DNA of 64,000 nucleotides from positions 864,001-928,000 of the forward strand of contig OY970342.1 in assembly GCA_963717505.1 (NCBI GenBank), written 5' to 3'. The translations under genes were made by a program, and so were the position numbers. Position 1 is the first letter of the stretch. The number at the start of each line of letters is the position of its first letter. Origin of the DNA: Candidatus Eiseniibacteriota bacterium (GTDB taxonomy: Bacteria; Eisenbacteria; RBG-16-71-46). The notes beneath the pieces are model-generated. The model had not been told where the DNA came from. It was given only the letters and a program-made list of their open reading frames with translations, and did no database searches. Below are positions 60,088 through 64,000 of this stretch, piece after piece.

Positions 60088-63000
60088 ATGACCGCTGAGT
60101 TCACGCCGCTGCGCGTGCGCTCGCACGGCTCGCTGCTCTACGGCACCGCATCACCCGAGGCGTTGGTCGCGCGCGCGCTCGAACTGGGTTACTCCGCGCT
60201 GGCACTCGCCGATCGCGACAACCTCTACCTCGCGATCCGCTTCTACCGGCATGCGCGCGACCACGGGCTGCGGCCGATCCTGGCCGCGACCGTGTCTACC
60301 GGTGGCAACGAGGTCCTGCTGGTTCCGCTCGACCGCCGCGGGTACGCCCACCTGTGCGCGATCCTGACCGCGCGGCAACTGGACCCGGGCTTCGACCTGG
60401 CCACGTCGATCGCCGCGCGCCATACCGGGCTGCATGTGATCGTCGAGTCGCCCGGAATGGCGGCCACCCTGCTCGCGGCCGGCGTGCCGGCGGCATCGGG
60501 CCGCGATGACGTTCGCGTGCTGCAGCCCGGTGGATTGTGGCTGGGCGTGCGCGGCATCGCCGCGGAGCGCGTGCTGCTCGGCGAGCGCGTCGCGGCGGCG
60601 CGACACTTGAAGCTCCCGCTCGTGGCCACGGGCGACGTCGCCCTGCTCGCCGCCACCGAGCACGACGCGCATCGCGCCGCAGTGACCGCCGCCGCCGGCG
60701 AGCTGCTCGACCGCATGCCACCGAACGCATTCACGCCGCGCGACGCGTGGCTCGCCTCGCCCGCCGAATGGTCGCGCCGGGTGCGCGCGGTGACGTCGGC
60801 AGCCGGCGTGCCGGCGGCGGCCCATGAGGCGCTGGCCAACAACGCGGCGCTGGTCGATCGCTGCCGACTCGAGCTGGATCTGGGAACGCCGATCTTCCCG
60901 CGCGCAACGCTGGCACCCGGCGAAACCGGGCACGGCCGCCTGGCGCGCGAGTGCCTCGCGGGCGTGCGTCGTCGCTACGGGCGGCACTCGGCCGCGGCCC
61001 GCCGTCGTCTGAGCGACGAGCTGGCAATGATCGATCGGCTCGGATTCACCGACTACTTCCTGCTGGTCGCCGAGATCGTCGGCTTCGCGCGCGCGCGCGG
61101 GATTCCGACCGTCGGCCGCGGCTCGGGCGCCAGCTCGCTGGTCGCCTACAGCCTGGGCATCACCAACGTCGATCCGATCCGGCACCGGCTGACGTTCGAG
61201 CGCTTCCTCAACCCGAGCCGGCGCGACTGCCCCGATCTCGACATCGACCTGTGCTGGAAGCGTCGCGACGAGGTGATCGCGCACGTCTACCAGCAGTACG
61301 GCGCCGATCGCGTCGCGATGATCTCGACGCATGCGACCCTCGGCGCGCGCTCGGCATTCCGCGAGACCGCGAAGGCGCTCGGCGTGCCGAACCCGCGGGT
61401 GAACGCGCTTGCGAAGCGCATTCCGCGCGAGCTGGAGCGGCCGTACCGGTCGCGACTCGAATCACTTCCGGAAGGGCGCCACGTCGACTGGAGCGAGCCG
61501 GTGCTGTCGCGCGCGCTGGCGCTCGCCGAGCAGCTCGACGGCGCGCCGCGGCATCTGTCGGTCCATTGCGGCGGCATGGTGATCGCCGATCGCGAGCTGA
61601 CTCACTACGTCCCGCTCGAGCAGGCGGCGAAGGGCGTCGTCGTCACCCAGTTCGAGATGCGAGCGATCGAGGCGATCGGGCTGGTCAAGATGGATCTGCT
61701 CGGCAACCGCGCACTGACCACGATCGGCGAATGCGTGGATCTGGTGCGCGCCCATCGCGGCGTCGAAATCGACGTCGATCGGCTGCCCGAGTCCGATCCG
61801 ATCACGGCGGCGTGCGTGGCCGCCGGCGACACGCTGAACTGCTTCCAGCTCGAATCGCCCGCCATGCGGCACCTGTTGCGCATGCTCGACGCGAACACAC
61901 TGGAGCGCACGGTCGCGGCGGTCGCGGCGGTGCGCCCGGGGCCGGCCGAGATGGGCCTCAAGGACGCGTTCTGCCGGCGCCAGCGCGGGCTCGAGCCGCC
62001 GGTGTTCCTGCACCCACGTCTCGAGCCACTGCTTCGCGAGACCCACGGTGTCATGCTCTACGAGGAAGACGTGCTGCACGTGAGTGCCGCAATCGCCGGG
62101 CTCACGCTCGCGGCGGGCGACGACCTCAGGCGCGCGATCGGCGCCGCGCGCGACGAGGCCGAGTTCCGAGCACTCGAGCACGGGTTCGTGGCGCACGCGC
62201 TGCACAACGGCGTCGACGAGGCATCGGCGCGCGCCGTGTGGCGCGACCTCACGCGCTTCGGGGCCTACGCGTTCTGCAAGGCGCACGCGGCGGGCTATGG
62301 CGCGTTGGGCTGGCAGAGCGCCTACCTCAAGTCCCGCTTCCCGGCCGAATGGGCGGTGGGCATCCTCAACCACCACGCCGGCATGTATGCGACCTGGGTC
62401 CACGTCGAGGACCTGCGCCGGCGCGGCGTGGTGTTCGGTGCGCCGTGCGTCCAGCGCTCGGCGTGGGAGACGACGCTGGAGACGTCGGGGGATGCGCTCC
62501 GGCGGGTCGGGTCGGATGGCTTCCGGCTTCGGCGGAGCCCGTCGCTCCGCGGGCGCACGCAACCTCCTCGCGCTCCGGGGCGTCGGTGTTCGCCCGCTCC
62601 GCTCTCGCCCACCTCGCCGGAAGCCATCCGACCCGCCCGGCCGGAGCGCATCGTCCGCGTCGGCCTGTCGCGCGTGTTCGGTCTGGCCGATGCGACCGGC
62701 GCGCGGATCGTCGCGGCGCGAGCGGAGCGGTTCTTCCGGAGCCTCGCGGACTTCGCCGAACGCGTGCGCCCGGCCCTCCCCGAGCTCGAGTCTCTGATCC
62801 TGGCCGGAGCGCTCGACACCCTCGGCCGCACCCGCCCCTCGCTGCTGCTCGAAGCCCGCGTCCTTGCCGCCGGGCGCGCGATCGATCCGGCCCGCTCCCG
62901 GAGCGCCGAACCCGCGCTGGTGCTCGCCGCCACCGGCGGCGGCGATTTCCTGCCCGACGCGGTCGCGCCCGCCGAGATCGCGGAGCTGCCCGAATTCGAC

Positions 63001-63417
63001 GCGGCCGAGCGCGTGCGCGGCGAGTGCCGCGCCACCGGACTCTGGTTCAGCGGGCATCCCCTCGCACTGTGGGCAGGCGCCGACGAGCGGCGCGGCGTGA
63101 CACCGGCGGCCGATCTCGAACGCCGGGCGGGCCAGCGGGTGGCGGTGGCCGGACTGCCGTGCGCGCGCCGCCAGGTCGAAACCAAGAGCGGCGGACTCAT
63201 GCTGTTCCTGACCCTCGCCGACCCGAGCGGCCTCGCCGAGTGCGTGCTGTTTCCCGACGCCTATCGCCGGTTCGCGGCGGCGCTGCGCGGCGAGATCCTG
63301 CGAGTCGAGGGTCGTGTCGACGAAACTCTCGGTGCGATTGCGATCAACGTGCAGTCGTTGCAGGCGATCGGTGACGGAACTGCAGAATTCTGGACCGAGC
63401 CGGCGAAATTTTCTTGA
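60088..63417 (+). CDS. dnaE2: Error-prone DNA polymerase III alpha, DnaE2-like
   Basis: GRGSGA.S, FERFL...R..PDLDID, KMDLLG, FQLESP, FCKAHA, C-terminal OB fold, degenerate PHP domain. Context is beside dinB. Confidence 0.9.
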   Translation: MTAEFTPLRVRSHGSLLYGTASPEALVARALELGYSALALADRDNLYLAIRFYRHARDHGLRPILAATVSTGGNEVLLVPLDRRGYAHLCAILTARQLDPGFDLATSIAARHTGLHVIVESPGMAATLLAAGVPAASGRDDVRVLQPGGLWLGVRGIAAERVLLGERVAAARHLKLPLVATGDVALLAATEHDAHRAAVTAAAGELLDRMPPNAFTPRDAWLASPAEWSRRVRAVTSAAGVPAAAHEALANNAALVDRCRLELDLGTPIFPRATLAPGETGHGRLARECLAGVRRRYGRHSAAARRRLSDELAMIDRLGFTDYFLLVAEIVGFARARGIPTVGRGSGASSLVAYSLGITNVDPIRHRLTFERFLNPSRRDCPDLDIDLCWKRRDEVIAHVYQQYGADRVAMISTHATLGARSAFRETAKALGVPNPRVNALAKRIPRELERPYRSRLESLPEGRHVDWSEPVLSRALALAEQLDGAPRHLSVHCGGMVIADRELTHYVPLEQAAKGVVVTQFEMRAIEAIGLVKMDLLGNRALTTIGECVDLVRAHRGVEIDVDRLPESDPITAACVAAGDTLNCFQLESPAMRHLLRMLDANTLERTVAAVAAVRPGPAEMGLKDAFCRRQRGLEPPVFLHPRLEPLLRETHGVMLYEEDVLHVSAAIAGLTLAAGDDLRRAIGAARDEAEFRALEHGFVAHALHNGVDEASARAVWRDLTRFGAYAFCKAHAAGYGALGWQSAYLKSRFPAEWAVGILNHHAGMYATWVHVEDLRRRGVVFGAPCVQRSAWETTLETSGDALRRVGSDGFRLRRSPSLRGRTQPPRAPGRRCSPAPLSPTSPEAIRPARPERIVRVGLSRVFGLADATGARIVAARAERFFRSLADFAERVRPALPELESLILAGALDTLGRTRPSLLLEARVLAAGRAIDPARSRSAEPALVLAATGGGDFLPDAVAPAEIAELPEFDAAERVRGECRATGLWFSGHPLALWAGADERRGVTPAADLERRAGQRVAVAGLPCARRQVETKSGGLMLFLTLADPSGLAECVLFPDAYRRFAAALRGEILRVEGRVDETLGAIAINVQSLQAIGDGTAEFWTEPAKFS
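62491..62652. mobile_element. 162-bp palindromic MITE-like element inserted in frame in dnaE2
   Basis: Terminal inverted repeats 62491-62527 and 62616-62652 match at 35/37. Length is exactly 54 codons and codon-aligned. Confidence 0.8.
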
Positions 63418-63686
63418 CGCCGGTGCCCGCGAGGAGTGCAATGGAGGTCGACACGCGGGCGCATCACCCGCGCGTACATGCAGCCCACGTATTACGTCGG
63501 GCTTGGCCTATCGAGGTGGGACTCGCGTCTTCGCCCGAGGCCAGATGAGATGCGAGCTGACGCCGTGTGGGGTGTTCCACCGGTCCACGGAGGGACGTCT
63601 CGGGCGGCGTTGGCGTTTGGGGCGGGAGCACCCGCGCATCGGTGCACGAGCCCACGGCGCGGCGTCCGCGCCGACCAGAATCCCGC

Positions 63687-64000
63687 CTACAGACCCAGCT
63701 CGACCTTGATCTCGCGCAGCGCCCCGAGCACGAACCCGATGTGCTGGTCGAGATCCACCCCCAGCTCCGCCGTGCTGGTGACGATATCGTCGCGATTCAC
63801 GTTGCGGGCGAAGTCGGTCCGCTTGAGCTTCTTCTTCACCGAGGCGACCTCGACCTGGTCGAGCGACTTGCCCGGCGTCACTAGCGCGCAGGCGACCAGA
63901 AAGCCGCACAGCTCGTCGCAGGCGAACAGGGTGCGCGCCATCGCCGTGTCGCGCGGAACGCCGCTGTAGGTCGCGTGTCCGAGCACGGCGCGACAGATGT
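63687..64000 (-). CDS. HD/HDIG-domain protein, 5' partial
   Basis: LFACDELCGF..A.ALV.P......SVKKKLK...FA..VNRDDI. Confidence 0.8.
   Translation of the reverse strand, partial: ICRAVLGHATYSGVPRDTAMARTLFACDELCGFLVACALVTPGKSLDQVEVASVKKKLKRTDFARNVNRDDIVTSTAELGVDLDQHIGFVLGALREIKVELGL

Noticed and set aside
62491-62652. dnaE2 insertion as an intein
   Set aside because: It is only 54 aa and lacks an N-terminal Cys/Ser and a C-terminal His-Asn. DNA symmetry explains it better.
63436-63686. Short ORFs and hairpins between dnaE2 and the HD-domain gene
   Set aside because: I found no recognisable motif, repeat or clear structure beyond GC-rich background.

Overview
High-GC bacterial chromosomal window with about 48 genes and no rRNA, tRNA, CRISPR array or transposase that I can see. 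Four secreted proteins end in a FlgD-Ig/T9SS-like domain and one ends in 'SWGQLKVRY'. That style suggests an FCB-related lineage such as Ca. Eisenbacteria, which is an inference. Contents include SorAB-like sulfite oxidase, a PAS hybrid kinase, creD, a split glcDE/glcF set, ABC transporters, two Ser/Thr kinases, a 57% Lys/Arg protein, a giant beta-propeller protein, DHS-like/NMO/NRPS-like/SbnI-like genes, a MarR unit with a perfect operator, lysC and HU. The most interesting region is 57.9-63.4 kb, an apparent damage-inducible mutagenesis cassette. It has a LexA-type palindrome in its promoter, a stand-alone small protein resembling the ImuB C-terminal domain, a catalytically intact DinB, an inserted membrane-protein gene and dnaE2. 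The dnaE2 gene carries an in-frame 162-bp palindromic element with 37-bp terminal inverted repeats. Many frameshifts cluster at 43-54 kb and are probably consensus errors.
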